From NCBI GenBank assembly GCA_001303705.1, contig LJUI01000008.1, positions 1-54,589 of the forward strand: a stretch of 54,589 bases of DNA. The letters are read 5' to 3'. Positions within the stretch are counted from its first letter, which is position 1. Each line of letters begins with the position of its first letter. The DNA comes from a candidate division TA06 bacterium SM23_40 (lineage in GTDB: Bacteria; LJUI01; SM1-40). A model generated the notes under the pieces. It worked only from the letters and a program-made list of their open reading frames with translations. It had not been told where the DNA came from and did no database searches. Shown one piece after another: positions 22,195 to 33,311 of this stretch. The position numbers and the translations under genes are program-made.

Positions 22195-23016
22195 TCACCG
22201 CTGGCAGCGTGAGCAGTAGAAGGTGCCACGCCCGGCCACCATGATCCGTTTGATCGGCTCTCCGCACGTCGGGCACGGGGCGCCAGCACGATCGTATACC
22301 TCGAACGCCTCCTGGAACCGCCCGACAGAGCCATCCGGCCGCCGGTACGTACGCGTTGAGGCTCCCCCGTGCATGACTCCTTTTCGCAGCACCCGCCTCA
22401 CGGCGCGGTGGAGCCGCCGCGCCTCATCCATGGTGATGGTGTGAGCCCGTCTCGTCGGCCTGATCCCCGCGCAGTGGAGCGCTTCATTGGCGTAGATGTT
22501 CCCCAGCCCGGCCAGGAAGCGCTGGTCCATCAACAGCGGCTTGATCCGCGACCTGCGGCCCCGGAGCAGGCGCCGTAGACGTCTGGCGGTGAACCGAGGA
22601 GCCAGCGGATCCGGACCCAGCGCCTCGATTGCCGGAAGCCGTCGTGCGTCTCTCACGAGATGGAGCGTACCGAGACGGCGCAAGTCGACAAATCGCAATG
22701 TACCCCCGCCGTCAAGCTTGAGCGCGACGCGTTCTCTGGTGGCCGGCTGCTCGCCATCAGGATCGTACACGAGCCGGCCGGTCATCCTGAGGTGAAGGAC
22801 GATCTCGTCCCCCGTGTCGAGCCGGAGAATGAGGTACTTTGCGATCCGGTGAAGATCGACGATCGTTGTCCCCGCGACACGCCTGCAGAACTCGCCGTGC
22901 GCGCCCGGCATCTTGATGGCCGAAGGATCGGCGCAGTCGGCCGAGACGATGCGTCTTCCCGCGAGGAGCGGTTTCAGATCCATCAGGATCGTCTCGACTT
23001 CCGGCATCTCCGGCAC
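22195..23016 (-). CDS. mutM: formamidopyrimidine-DNA glycosylase
   Basis: GTG-start MPEMPEVE, HLRMTG, LMDQ..AGLGNIYANE, CPTC...CSRCQ zinc finger. Confidence 0.97.
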   Translation of the reverse strand: MPEMPEVETILMDLKPLLAGRRIVSADCADPSAIKMPGAHGEFCRRVAGTTIVDLHRIAKYLILRLDTGDEIVLHLRMTGRLVYDPDGEQPATRERVALKLDGGGTLRFVDLRRLGTLHLVRDARRLPAIEALGPDPLAPRFTARRLRRLLRGRRSRIKPLLMDQRFLAGLGNIYANEALHCAGIRPTRRAHTITMDEARRLHRAVRRVLRKGVMHGGASTRTYRRPDGSVGRFQEAFEVYDRAGAPCPTCGEPIKRIMVAGRGTFYCSRCQR

Positions 23017-23054
23017 CGTCACTATCCTCACACAGAATGCCCGGATCCTCAGCG

Positions 23055-23864
23055 CTACTCGTCTTGCCCGCTCTCTTCCACCTCGCCGGTCATGGGGACG
23101 AATCGAACCGGACAGAGTGCCTTCCCCATCAGCTTCCCCTCTTTCTTCTCGATGAGGGTGAGCATCTGGGTCTTTCCTTTCTGTCCCAGCGGCACAACGA
23201 GCCTGCCTCCCTCTACCAGCTGGTCGGTCAGAGGGCTCGGCACAAAAGAAGGAGCTGCGGTGATGATGATCGCATCGAACGGAGCGTGCTCTTCCCATCC
23301 GGCGTATCCATCGCCCGTCTTCACTGACACATTATCATATCCCAACTCCGACAGCACCAGACGCGCCCGCTCCGCCAGCTCCGGGATGATTTCGATCGTG
23401 TACACTTCTTTCGCCAGCCGAGAGAGCACTGCCGCCTGGTACCCGGAGCCGGTGCCGATCTCCAGCACCCGCTCCTGCCCCTGAAGACCGAGATGCTCGG
23501 TCATCAGGGCAACGATGTAGGGTTGCGATATCGTCTGACCCTCTCCGATAGGGACGGGAAAGTCCCCATATGCGACCGGCCACCTCGATCTGGGGACAAA
23601 GCGATGCCGCGGGATCCGAGTCATGGCATCGAGCACACGTTCATCCGAGATGCCCCGCGCCACGAGCTGAGTCTCGACCATGGCGAGACGCTTCTCGCGG
23701 TACGGATCATCGCCCCCAGGGAGATGTGCCTCGTCTTCGGCTTCAGGAGCCGGGCGACTGGGGGAGCATCCGGCGAGCAGAGCGGCTGACATCAGGCCGA
23801 CACAGAATCTCGAGGCCAGCCGGTTGAGCGCGAGCCGCCTGCTATTCTTTGAGTGGTGCACCAT
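23055..23864 (-). CDS. pcm: protein-L-isoaspartate O-methyltransferase with N-terminal lipoprotein-like signal
   Basis: PRHRFVP, GQTISQPYIVA, VLEIGTGSGYQAA, APFDAIIITAA, VRFVPM. Confidence 0.95.
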   Translation of the reverse strand: MVHHSKNSRRLALNRLASRFCVGLMSAALLAGCSPSRPAPEAEDEAHLPGGDDPYREKRLAMVETQLVARGISDERVLDAMTRIPRHRFVPRSRWPVAYGDFPVPIGEGQTISQPYIVALMTEHLGLQGQERVLEIGTGSGYQAAVLSRLAKEVYTIEIIPELAERARLVLSELGYDNVSVKTGDGYAGWEEHAPFDAIIITAAPSFVPSPLTDQLVEGGRLVVPLGQKGKTQMLTLIEKKEGKLMGKALCPVRFVPMTGEVEESGQDE

Positions 23865-23875
23865 CTGTACCCTCG

Positions 23876-25906
<2,031 letters not shown>

Positions 25907-26045
25907 TCACCTCAAGGAGCTTCGCCCGCTCAGCCTGTTGCCTGCCACAGCCTGCCACATCGGCGCTATCGAGGGCAACCGAACAGGCCGGTCGCCGTAA
26001 TCTCCTCGGCGGCCGGCCCCCTACTAACCTAGGCGTGCTTGGCGA

Positions 26046-27257
26046 CTAGCCACTCTCCTGCGGCTTCTCCGGTCCGGCGCCCTCCTCCGCCGTCTCCTCA
26101 ACCGTCCCTTCTGCAGCCCTCTCTTCGGGTGCCTCCTGCTTTTCCGGAATACCCGCCTCCTCCGGGAGTTCCCGCTCGTCACGACGCTCCAGAAGGTTGC
26201 GATCGTCCTTCTTTTTGTACAGGACGAGGTAGATCAACGTCTCTCCTGCCGAGGCGATCGCCACCCCGTAGGAGACCACGAAGAGCAGTACCACATAGAG
26301 CGCAATGCCGCCCAGCAGAGCAGCGATCTCCCAGCTCCATCCCGGGCTTGCTGCGTAGCGCGTCGGGCCGAAGGCCTCGATCGATCGGGCCACACCGGGC
26401 AGCCACTCAAGCCGCTCGATCGCAGGGCAGTAGGGCAGATACCACATCGCCCTGGCGATGATCGCTTCCGCCTTGTCGGCGGCAAATGGCCACACTGTTA
26501 CCGCCCATGAGAAGAGCCTGAGGGAGCCGATGACGAATGCGCCCAGGACATAGACCGCGACCCACACGATGCCCGCAAGGATAACTTCGTACACCACCAG
26601 CCGCCACGGCTGATCGTTGACGACTGAGAAGAGCTCGAAGATCGAGTCGAAGGTATCGCTCTCCGTCGTGGCAACGATGGCGGGCCCCATGATGAGGGAG
26701 ACGATGAAGATGATGCCGAGATATACTACGAACAGGAAGACCGCGAAGAGTGGAATCGCTGCGAGGGCGGTCAGCCACTCGCCGGCAAAGGGAATCCAGA
26801 GAAATGCCCCCGGGATCAGGCCGCAGAAGATGACGAGAACCGCCATGAAGAGCAGCAACGCGAGTGGCGAGAGGAGGACAACCCGCCAATGCCTCCTCAC
26901 GAAGCGGAGTGCCTCCTGGATTTCGTAGAATTCGTCGCCTCGCAGCTGCTCGAACGTCACCTTTGCCACGGCCGTGTTGGCGAGCAAGTTAGTGATGAGA
27001 AGGAGTAGCGCGCCGACCGCGACCAAGATGACGGAGTACCACGTCAGATCTGCGTACAGGGGAAACGGCCAGAGTCGATAGGACGTCCATATCTCTCCGA
27101 TGTCCCATCCGCTCAAGAGGAATGCGACATACCCGAAAATGGTGTAGAGAACGAGGCCCACGCCGAGCCCTACGAACTGCATCCACATCTTCTTGGGACT
27201 GAAACCCAAGCGACCGGCCCGAAACACATCCTTGAAGTCAAAATGGAGAGTTACCAT
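26046..27257 (-). CDS. uncharacterised multi-pass membrane protein with acidic C-terminal tail
   Basis: Several long hydrophobic segments; AGGAGG upstream of ATG 27257; co-oriented with neighbours; no family motif recognised. Confidence 0.75.
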   Translation of the reverse strand: MVTLHFDFKDVFRAGRLGFSPKKMWMQFVGLGVGLVLYTIFGYVAFLLSGWDIGEIWTSYRLWPFPLYADLTWYSVILVAVGALLLLITNLLANTAVAKVTFEQLRGDEFYEIQEALRFVRRHWRVVLLSPLALLLFMAVLVIFCGLIPGAFLWIPFAGEWLTALAAIPLFAVFLFVVYLGIIFIVSLIMGPAIVATTESDTFDSIFELFSVVNDQPWRLVVYEVILAGIVWVAVYVLGAFVIGSLRLFSWAVTVWPFAADKAEAIIARAMWYLPYCPAIERLEWLPGVARSIEAFGPTRYAASPGWSWEIAALLGGIALYVVLLFVVSYGVAIASAGETLIYLVLYKKKDDRNLLERRDERELPEEAGIPEKQEAPEERAAEGTVEETAEEGAGPEKPQESG

Positions 27258-27519
27258 CTCAAGCGACACCTCCTTCATCGGTTTAGCCGATTGCCCACCG
27301 CCCCCTCGATCCGGACCCCGAGTCCACGGACGGCTCGAGCTGGTTCGACGGGACACCCGGTGTACGGTTCATTGACTACGGCCGTCTCCGGAACTCCTTT
27401 GCCGCCTGTGACACAAATGGGGACTGAACGCTTCTAACCACCTCCTCCTGGCCGCAAACGATCCGCTCCATCTGCAGACGTTCGTGATGGCTGTTGATGG
27501 CAGAGACCCGCGGATGAAT

Positions 27520-28065
27520 CTAGCCAACACCTGCTGAGATAACATCCACGGCCGAGGCATCGCTGAGAAACAGATATTGCCGCCACTTCTGATCCGGTAT
27601 CGTGATGAAGTAGTGGACGAACGCAAAGAAGTGGGGCATTGCAGGACGGCGGATGAGCTTCATCGACGCCTGTTCCGGCGTCCTGTTTCCCTTCTTGTTA
27701 TTGCACTCGACGCACGCACAGACGAGATTCTCCCAGGTATCCTCTCCTCCCATCGTCTTGGGGATGACGTGATCGGTCGTCATCTCCCCGGTCGTCCGCC
27801 CGCAATACTGACAATGATGCCGGTCGCGTCTGATGATATTCTTACGGGAAAGAGGAACCTCACGTCGTGAGGCCTTTATATAGAAGACGAGGCGCACAAC
27901 ACTGGGCAGGGGATAGCTGAGCGCAACCGAGCGCACAAGAAGCCCATCGTACTGCTCCACGATCTCCGCTTTCCCCAGGTAGACGAGGATTATCGCCCGC
28001 CGGGCATTACAGACGCAGAGCGGCTCATAATTCTGATTGAGAACCAGCACGTGTCTCGACAGCAT
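27520..28065 (-). CDS. HNH endonuclease (McrA-like, stand-alone)
   Basis: VLVLN.NYEPL N-terminus, RRD..CQYCG...TTDHVIP..GG..WENLVCAC..CN.KKG.RTP. Confidence 0.92.
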   Translation of the reverse strand: MLSRHVLVLNQNYEPLCVCNARRAIILVYLGKAEIVEQYDGLLVRSVALSYPLPSVVRLVFYIKASRREVPLSRKNIIRRDRHHCQYCGRTTGEMTTDHVIPKTMGGEDTWENLVCACVECNNKKGNRTPEQASMKLIRRPAMPHFFAFVHYFITIPDQKWRQYLFLSDASAVDVISAGVG

Positions 28066-28074
28066 CGACTACTC

Positions 28075-28452
28075 CTACTGGAGCGGCTCATTCGCCTCTA
28101 TCCGGAACGTCAGGCGCCGCCTGTATCCGGGCAAGACGAAGTCTTCCTCGTACTTAGCTTTCACCGTTATGTCGATATGAGGGCGGCGGACGATTTTTAT
28201 ATCGTGCGGCTCGAGTGGTATGCCGAGCTCTCGAGCGCTCTCGAGAATCGCGCCCTTGATCTCCGTGTCATCTCGTATGGCTGCGTGCCTGGTCTCGACC
28301 TCGACCTTGTCGCGGAGCCGGTAGTAGTCCAGCCAGAGCGCGCCGTACCTGAACCCGACGAATGCCGCTGCGCAGACGATGGCGATCAAGATGATGGCAG
28401 TGAACTTCCCCATTCCGCGCTGCCGCCATTCATCATTCGATGGCACGCACAT
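28075..28452 (-). CDS. DUF4845-like protein with prepilin-like N-terminus
   Basis: RQRG|MGK followed by a hydrophobic helix, then a small soluble domain; AAGGAG upstream. Confidence 0.6.
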   Translation of the reverse strand: MCVPSNDEWRQRGMGKFTAIILIAIVCAAAFVGFRYGALWLDYYRLRDKVEVETRHAAIRDDTEIKGAILESARELGIPLEPHDIKIVRRPHIDITVKAKYEEDFVLPGYRRRLTFRIEANEPLQ

Positions 28453-28540
28453 GAATCGATATTCTCCTTATGAGCTCGTTACTTATCTCCATCTGCGTCG
28501 GATTGCGGAACGGCAAGCGCCATCGAACCTTGCGATGGGG

Positions 28541-28569
28541 AAAGTACCATACGCGATAGTTGCTGTCAA
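28541..28569 (-). promoter_or_regulatory. putative sigma70 promoter (extended -10) for DUF4845-like/HNH genes
   Basis: TTGACA-N17-TACTTT with TG-N immediately before the -10. Confidence 0.72.
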
Positions 28570-28612
28570 GCGAAAAGTCGTCCTTCTCGGGGTCAGGCCG
28601 CCATGCACGGCA

Positions 28613-28640
28613 CCGCCACCGAGGAATGTATCGGTGGCGG
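28613..28640 (-). terminator. GC-rich hairpin downstream of the TPR gene (possible terminator)
   Basis: CCGCCACCGA-N8-TCGGTGGCGG perfect 10-bp stem; no U tract. Confidence 0.45.
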
Positions 28641-28673
28641 CATCTATCACTGCCCTCATACCGAGCCATCTGA

Positions 28674-29792
28674 TCAGTACCAGCCCTCTCTCTCCCTGCG
28701 TTCCTTCTCCTTCCTCGCTTCTGCCCGCGCGATAATGTTCCGGGCGAAGCTTCCCCAGGTCGGATCGTCGACGGCCTTCTCGGCCTCCGCTATGGCGGTA
28801 TCATATGCCCCTGTCTCCAGATACCCCTCCCCCAGAAGGCACCGTGCCCCTGGATTCGCCGGATCGAGTTCCAGCACTCTCCGCAGCAACGGACGCGCCT
28901 GAACAAAGCGGTCCATGTCGGTGAGGAGCTTTCCTTCATAAAGGAATCCGATGTAGTCCTCCGGAGCTATCGATTGAACCATCCGATATTCCTCGAGCGC
29001 GTCGTTGTTCCGGCCCTTCCTCTCCAGAATCTTCCCCAGCTTCAGATGGGTCGATATCTGATCTGGCCTGTGAGCAATGAGCCAGCGAAATTCGCGCTCT
29101 GCCTCATCGTCCCGCTCCGCTCCATAGTAGGCATCTCCGAGAACACTGTGAGCGTCGTAGTCAGAAGTGTCGGCGGCGACAACCTGTTCGAGAGCGGAGA
29201 TCGCTTCCTCGAACCGCTCACCCGCTACGAGAAGAGACCCCATTCGATAGTACGCGCTCACGAAGCCGGAATCGCTCTCTATCGCCCGGCGGTACGCATC
29301 GATTGCCTCTTCACTCTTACCCCATTGCTCGTATGCGTACCCAAGGCCGAAGAGGAGTTCCGGATCTCTGGGCAGCACGGCGAGACCCTTTTCGTACTCC
29401 TCGATGGCCTCACTGTACATCGACCGGACGACAAACAGGTACCCCACACCCTGGTACCCCTCGGGCCGGTCGGGATCCAGCTCAATCGCACTTCTGTATG
29501 CCACCTCTGACTCATCGTACGCCCTCAGCTCTGCCTTCGCCTTCCCCAGACCGACGTAGCAGAGGAGACATGCAGGGTCGAGATCGATTGCCTTCTCGAA
29601 GGAGCCCACGGCATCGACATAGAGCCTGTTTCTCAGGTATTCCATTCCGATGTTGTACGCCTTTTCCGCCTCATCCTTTGATGCGGTAGCTGTATCTGCA
29701 GAGATATCCGCCTCCTCGGTAACCACCGCGCACCCGGTGAGCATGAGGCACAGTCCCAGGGACACTAGAAACTGAACGCATTGTCTCTTCAT
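28674..29792 (-). CDS. tetratricopeptide-repeat lipoprotein
   Basis: Lipobox LTGC at residues 18-21; many 34-aa TPR units (AYNIG..Y..A..F.KAI.LDP). Confidence 0.88.
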   Translation of the reverse strand: MKRQCVQFLVSLGLCLMLTGCAVVTEEADISADTATASKDEAEKAYNIGMEYLRNRLYVDAVGSFEKAIDLDPACLLCYVGLGKAKAELRAYDESEVAYRSAIELDPDRPEGYQGVGYLFVVRSMYSEAIEEYEKGLAVLPRDPELLFGLGYAYEQWGKSEEAIDAYRRAIESDSGFVSAYYRMGSLLVAGERFEEAISALEQVVAADTSDYDAHSVLGDAYYGAERDDEAEREFRWLIAHRPDQISTHLKLGKILERKGRNNDALEEYRMVQSIAPEDYIGFLYEGKLLTDMDRFVQARPLLRRVLELDPANPGARCLLGEGYLETGAYDTAIAEAEKAVDDPTWGSFARNIIARAEARKEKERREREGWY

Positions 29793-29868
29793 CGCAGCCT
29801 GTTACTCCCCTTGAAGATTGAACGCCAACAGATGCTGGACAATCATCCCTCGTCCACGGACGAGGTTA

Positions 29869-29944
29869 TGGTGGAGCCGACGGGATTCGAACCCGTGACC
29901 TTTTGACTGCCAGTCAAACGCGCTCCCAACTGCGCCACGGCCCC
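29869..29944 (-). tRNA. tRNA-Ala(GGC)
   Basis: GGGGCCGTGGCGCAGTTGGGAGCGCG-TTTGA-CTGGCAG-TCAAA...GGTTCGAATCCC...GGCTCCACCA; 76 nt, G3:U70 pair, encoded CCA. Confidence 0.97.
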
Positions 29945-30016
29945 ACGTCAGATTCTCACCACCTTCTTCGCAATGTAACCCTTGGAGCACCGAACGGATG
30001 CACCGACGCCGACATC

Positions 30017-30046
30017 AGTATGAAAGCACTCTACCCTCTCTGTCAA
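30017..30046 (-). promoter_or_regulatory. putative sigma70 promoter for tRNA-Ala
   Basis: TTGACA-N18-CATACT about 70 nt upstream of the tRNA. Confidence 0.62.
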
Positions 30047-30053
30047 GCGAAAA

Positions 30054-30815
30054 CTAGACGCCTGGGCCCTTACCCAACCCGAGAAACGGGCGCAGGAGGT
30101 CGATGGGCACCGGGAAGATAACGGTGGAGTTGTTCTCCGCGCCGACCTTTGTGAGCGTCTCGAGGAACCGGAGTTGGAGGGATATGGGCTCAGCCGCCAG
30201 TATCTTCGCCGCCTGGGACAGCTTGTCCGCAGCCTGGAGCTCTCCCTCGGAGTGGATGACTTTGGCCCTCCGCTCCCTCTCCGCTTCTGCCTGCCTGGCG
30301 ATCGCCCGCTGCATCTCCACGGGGATGTCCACGTGCTTGATCTCCACCATCGACACCTTGATCCCCCAGGGATCGGTCTCTTCGTCGATAATCTCCTGGA
30401 GTTTCGTGTTCATCTTATCCCGCTCGGCGAGCAACTCATCCAGCTCGGCCTCGCCGAGCACGCTCCTCAACGTCGTCTGTGCGATCTGTGAGGTTGCGTA
30501 CAGGAAATCTTCCACCTCGACGATAGCCCTGGCAGGATCCATGACCCGGAAATAGACGACTGCGTTCACCTTCACGGTGACGTTGTCGCGAGTGATCACG
30601 TCCTGAGGGGGAACATCCATCGTGACGACACGCAGGCCGACCTTCGCCATCTTGTCGACGATGGGGATGAGCAGAATGAGCCCGGGGCCTTTCACTCCGA
30701 TGAGACGGCCGAGCCGAAAGATGACCCCCCGTTCATATTCACGGAGAATCCGAATAGCGCTGGCAAGGAGCATCACTACGATGAAGACGACAACATACAG
30801 CCCGAGACCGGTCAT
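30054..30815 (-). CDS. SPFH/band-7 (stomatin-like, slipin) protein
   Basis: [50 protein letters not shown]. Confidence 0.96.
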   Translation of the reverse strand: MTGLGLYVVVFIVVMLLASAIRILREYERGVIFRLGRLIGVKGPGLILLIPIVDKMAKVGLRVVTMDVPPQDVITRDNVTVKVNAVVYFRVMDPARAIVEVEDFLYATSQIAQTTLRSVLGEAELDELLAERDKMNTKLQEIIDEETDPWGIKVSMVEIKHVDIPVEMQRAIARQAEAERERRAKVIHSEGELQAADKLSQAAKILAAEPISLQLRFLETLTKVGAENNSTVIFPVPIDLLRPFLGLGKGPGV

Positions 30816-30868
30816 GGTCCTTCCTCCTCTCGATACGGCAGCCGCCGCCGCACGCGTCTCTGGATGAT

Positions 30869-32152
30869 CTAGACCCGAGTCACCCTCGCGGTCAACCCTT
30901 CCACTCCGGTGACCTTTACTCGTTCGCCCTTCTCTATCCTCTCGTCAGACGTGGCCCTCCATATCTCCCCGTGCACCAGAACCGTTCCCTCCGACTCCGC
31001 ATCGATGGGCGATCTGACGACGCCGATGAGACCCGTCAACCCTTCCGAACCCGTGGCGGGCTTCCTCAGCTGCGCCCTCAGCCCCATACCCACGGCAAAG
31101 ACGAAGAACGCGACGGTCGTGAGCACGGCCGGGATGATGACCGACCAGGAGACTCGGAGGAATGGCTCTGACGAGTCGATCAGCAAAACAGATCCAAGCA
31201 CCATAGCTGCTACGCCTCCGATCGTCAAGATGCCGTGAGAGGGCACCTTCAGCTCGAGGATGAACAGAATCATCGCCAGGACGATGAGCAGTAATCCTGC
31301 ATAGTTGATAGGCAGGGTCTGAAACGCAAGGAATCCAAGGATGAGACAGATCGCCCCCACGACACCGGGAAAGATCGCACCTGGATTCTGGAGCTCGAAC
31401 AGGAGTCCGTAGAATCCGAGAATGAACAGGATGTAGGCAACATTGGGGTTGGTGATTACGTGGAAGACCTCATCACGCAGGCCCATGGCGATCTGACGCG
31501 TCGCCGCCTCCCTCGTTGCGAGCGTCACCGTCCCTGATGCCACCTCGACCTCGTGCCCATCTATCTTCTCGAGCAGTCCCGGGATGCTGAGAGCGACGTA
31601 CTCTATGACAGAAAGCTCTAGAGCCTCCTCTTCAGTAGCCGACGCACTCTCGAGAACCGCCCGCTCCGCCCACTCTACATTTCTCCCCCTCCGCTCGGCG
31701 AGAGCACGCACATATGCTGCGGCATCTCTCGTCATCTTCTCGGAGAGCACTTCATCGGTCCCCTCTCCCCCAATAGTCACCGGATGGGCGGCACCGATAT
31801 TAGTGCCCGGAGCCATGGCCGCGATGTGAGCGGCGAGAGCAATAACAGCACCGGCAGAGGCAGCACGGGCGCCCCCGGGGGAGACGTATACAACGACCGG
31901 CACATCCGCAGCCAGAATGCGCTTGATGACCTGACGCATCGACTCATCGAGGCCCCCGGGAGTGTCCATCTCGATGATCAGGCACTCGGCCCCATCTTCC
32001 TCAGCCTGGTCGATCGCCCGGACAAGGTACCGGGCGGAAAATGGTGCGATCACCCCCTCAAGACGTGCCACATCGACATGTTGGCCCGGAGCAGAATACG
32101 CGGCAATGAAGATGACCGGACCCGCGACGAGCAAGAGAAATCGCGTTCTCAC
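30869..32152 (-). CDS. nfeD: NfeD family membrane-bound serine protease (long form)
   Basis: [28 protein letters not shown] region, C-terminal OB fold (GEIWRA); upstream of the SPFH gene. Confidence 0.93.
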   Translation of the reverse strand: MRTRFLLLVAGPVIFIAAYSAPGQHVDVARLEGVIAPFSARYLVRAIDQAEEDGAECLIIEMDTPGGLDESMRQVIKRILAADVPVVVYVSPGGARAASAGAVIALAAHIAAMAPGTNIGAAHPVTIGGEGTDEVLSEKMTRDAAAYVRALAERRGRNVEWAERAVLESASATEEEALELSVIEYVALSIPGLLEKIDGHEVEVASGTVTLATREAATRQIAMGLRDEVFHVITNPNVAYILFILGFYGLLFELQNPGAIFPGVVGAICLILGFLAFQTLPINYAGLLLIVLAMILFILELKVPSHGILTIGGVAAMVLGSVLLIDSSEPFLRVSWSVIIPAVLTTVAFFVFAVGMGLRAQLRKPATGSEGLTGLIGVVRSPIDAESEGTVLVHGEIWRATSDERIEKGERVKVTGVEGLTARVTRV

Positions 32153-32211
32153 GTGCACACACTCTCCCGGGTTATGACGACAGTTCAACCTGGCCAAGTT
32201 CGCCCGCCACT

Positions 32212-32240
32212 AGTGTAACTGTCGAAAGGACATGAGTCAA
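32212..32240 (-). promoter_or_regulatory. putative sigma70 promoter for nfeD-SPFH
   Basis: TTGACT-N17-TACACT. Confidence 0.65.
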
Positions 32241-32256
32241 GCCTAACTTTCGCACC

Positions 32257-32387
32257 TGTCAATGCCAAATAGAAATGTCCGGTTCTTAGCCAAGGTAGAA
32301 ATGTCCGGTTCTCAGCAACATAGAAACGTCCTGTTCCCAGCCAATCGGAAATGTCCGGATTTCGCCACGATATGAGTGTCCCATTCC
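32257..32387. mobile_element. orphan transposon end (IS1202/ISNCY-like) with tandem ~25-bp repeats
   Basis: Begins TGTCAATGCC; core TAGAAATGTCCGGTTCT at 32270 and 32296, degenerate copies at 32321, 32346, 32371; minus strand reads ...PDIS...TGHFYLALT, as seen where such transposases run into their right end. Confidence 0.68.
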
Positions 32388-32453
32388 GCTCGTGCCGGGG
32401 TCGCCCCCCTGTGGCCCCCGATACCTGGCCGCTGAATTTTGTTAATTTTCCTA

Positions 32454-32483
32454 TTGACAAAATCAATAAACACCTAATATAAT
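32454..32483 (+). promoter_or_regulatory. sigma70 promoter for the DUF2089 operon
   Basis: TTGACA-N18-TATAAT in a very AT-rich tract; GAGGAG RBS before GTG 32520. Confidence 0.82.
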
Positions 32484-32519
32484 TCAATATGAGATGGCGA
32501 AAAATGAGGAGAATTAAAA

Positions 32520-32900
32520 GTGAAGCCTAAGAATCTCGTAAGCAGGTGCCCGGTGTGTGGGGAGGCAATGGATGTGACGCGCCTGGAATGTCGAGCCTGC
32601 TCCGCGGCCCTCGAAGGCCGGTTCACCACGTGCGAATTCTGCCAGCTCTCCCCGGAACAGGCTCAGTTCGTCCGCATCTTCCTCAGGTGCCGCGGCAACA
32701 TCCGGGAGGTAGAGAAGGAGCTCGAGATCTCCTACCCCACCGTCAGAAACCGACTTGACGCCGTCCTTCAGGCGCTGGGGTGCGTGCCCGAGGACAGAAA
32801 GGAGAGACAGAGATTGAGGGCTGACGTCCTTTCTCAACTCGAACGAGGGGAACTCCCCGTCGACCAGGCGATCAAGATACTGAAAGATGACGGCGTGTAA
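32520..32900 (+). CDS. DUF2089 family protein (Zn ribbon + HTH + SHOCT-like tail)
   Basis: CPVCG...CRAC...EGRF, RGNIREVEKELEISYPTVRNRLD, C-terminal VLSQLERGELPVDQA. Confidence 0.9.
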   Translation: MKPKNLVSRCPVCGEAMDVTRLECRACSAALEGRFTTCEFCQLSPEQAQFVRIFLRCRGNIREVEKELEISYPTVRNRLDAVLQALGCVPEDRKERQRLRADVLSQLERGELPVDQAIKILKDDGV

Positions 32901-32910
32901 GGAGGAAGAT

Positions 32911-33237
32911 ATGACCATGGGGCATGGTTCTGCGGGTTCCGGGAGGAGACGTTCAGCACGAGTATGGTTGGGCCTGATCGTCGCGGCCATCGGCCTGCTG
33001 ATCTGGTTCAGCAATATCGGCCTGGTCCAGATCGAAATCGCGCGGCACTGGCCCCTGCTGCTCGTCCTGATCGGGCTCGCGCTCATGGCCGGAGGCGTTC
33101 GCCGCCGCGGCTCCCGGCCCAGGGCCGATCGGAGACCACGAGACCCAGGGAGACGAGAGGAAATCCTGGACCGACTGGAGCGGCGGGAGATAAGCGCCGA
33201 AGAGGCTGTCGCCCGGCTGCGGCGTGAGCGCATGTAA
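32911..33237 (+). CDS. small membrane protein (LiaF-TM/DUF5668-like) with C-terminal SHOCT-like helix pair
   Basis: GLIVAAIGLLIWFSNIG...WPLLLVLIGL, then EILDRLERREISAEEA; GGAGGA RBS. Confidence 0.78.
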   Translation: MTMGHGSAGSGRRRSARVWLGLIVAAIGLLIWFSNIGLVQIEIARHWPLLLVLIGLALMAGGVRRRGSRPRADRRPRDPGRREEILDRLERREISAEEAVARLRRERM

Positions 33238-33311
33238 GAACAGATCCCCGTATCCCGCCTGCCAGACCAATGCGCCAGGCGGCCCTGCGGGCAGAAGAGG
33301 AGAGACAGACG

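Noticed and set aside
27379..27452. Strong SD (AGGAGGAGG) with a ~21-codon ORF, or a c-di-GMP riboswitch
   Set aside because: SD spacing to the GTG is poor, and the riboswitch stems could not be built.
27520..28065. HNH gene as a defence, homing or IscB/Cas9-like nuclease
   Set aside because: Short stand-alone type; no RuvC motifs, methylase, intron or guide-RNA context visible.
28433..28669. 78-aa minus-strand ORF
   Set aside because: Overlaps a hairpin and a consensus promoter; no recognisable protein features.
26046..29944. Genomic island integrated at tRNA-Ala
   Set aside because: No integrase, no duplicated tRNA 3' end seen, and no evident compositional shift.
32228..32256. dif/Xer site next to the IS1202-like end
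   Set aside because: Only GGTGCG resembles a XerC arm; there is no XerD arm, and the sequence is explained by the nfeD -35.
32257..32387. Repeat array as a mini-CRISPR
   Set aside because: Period is only ~25 bp, with no unique spacer-length segments and no cas genes; it fits a transposon end better.
32185..32487. 100-aa minus-strand ORF
   Set aside because: It spans two promoters and the repeats; the TGHFYLALT text is the translation of the IS-like end, not a full gene.
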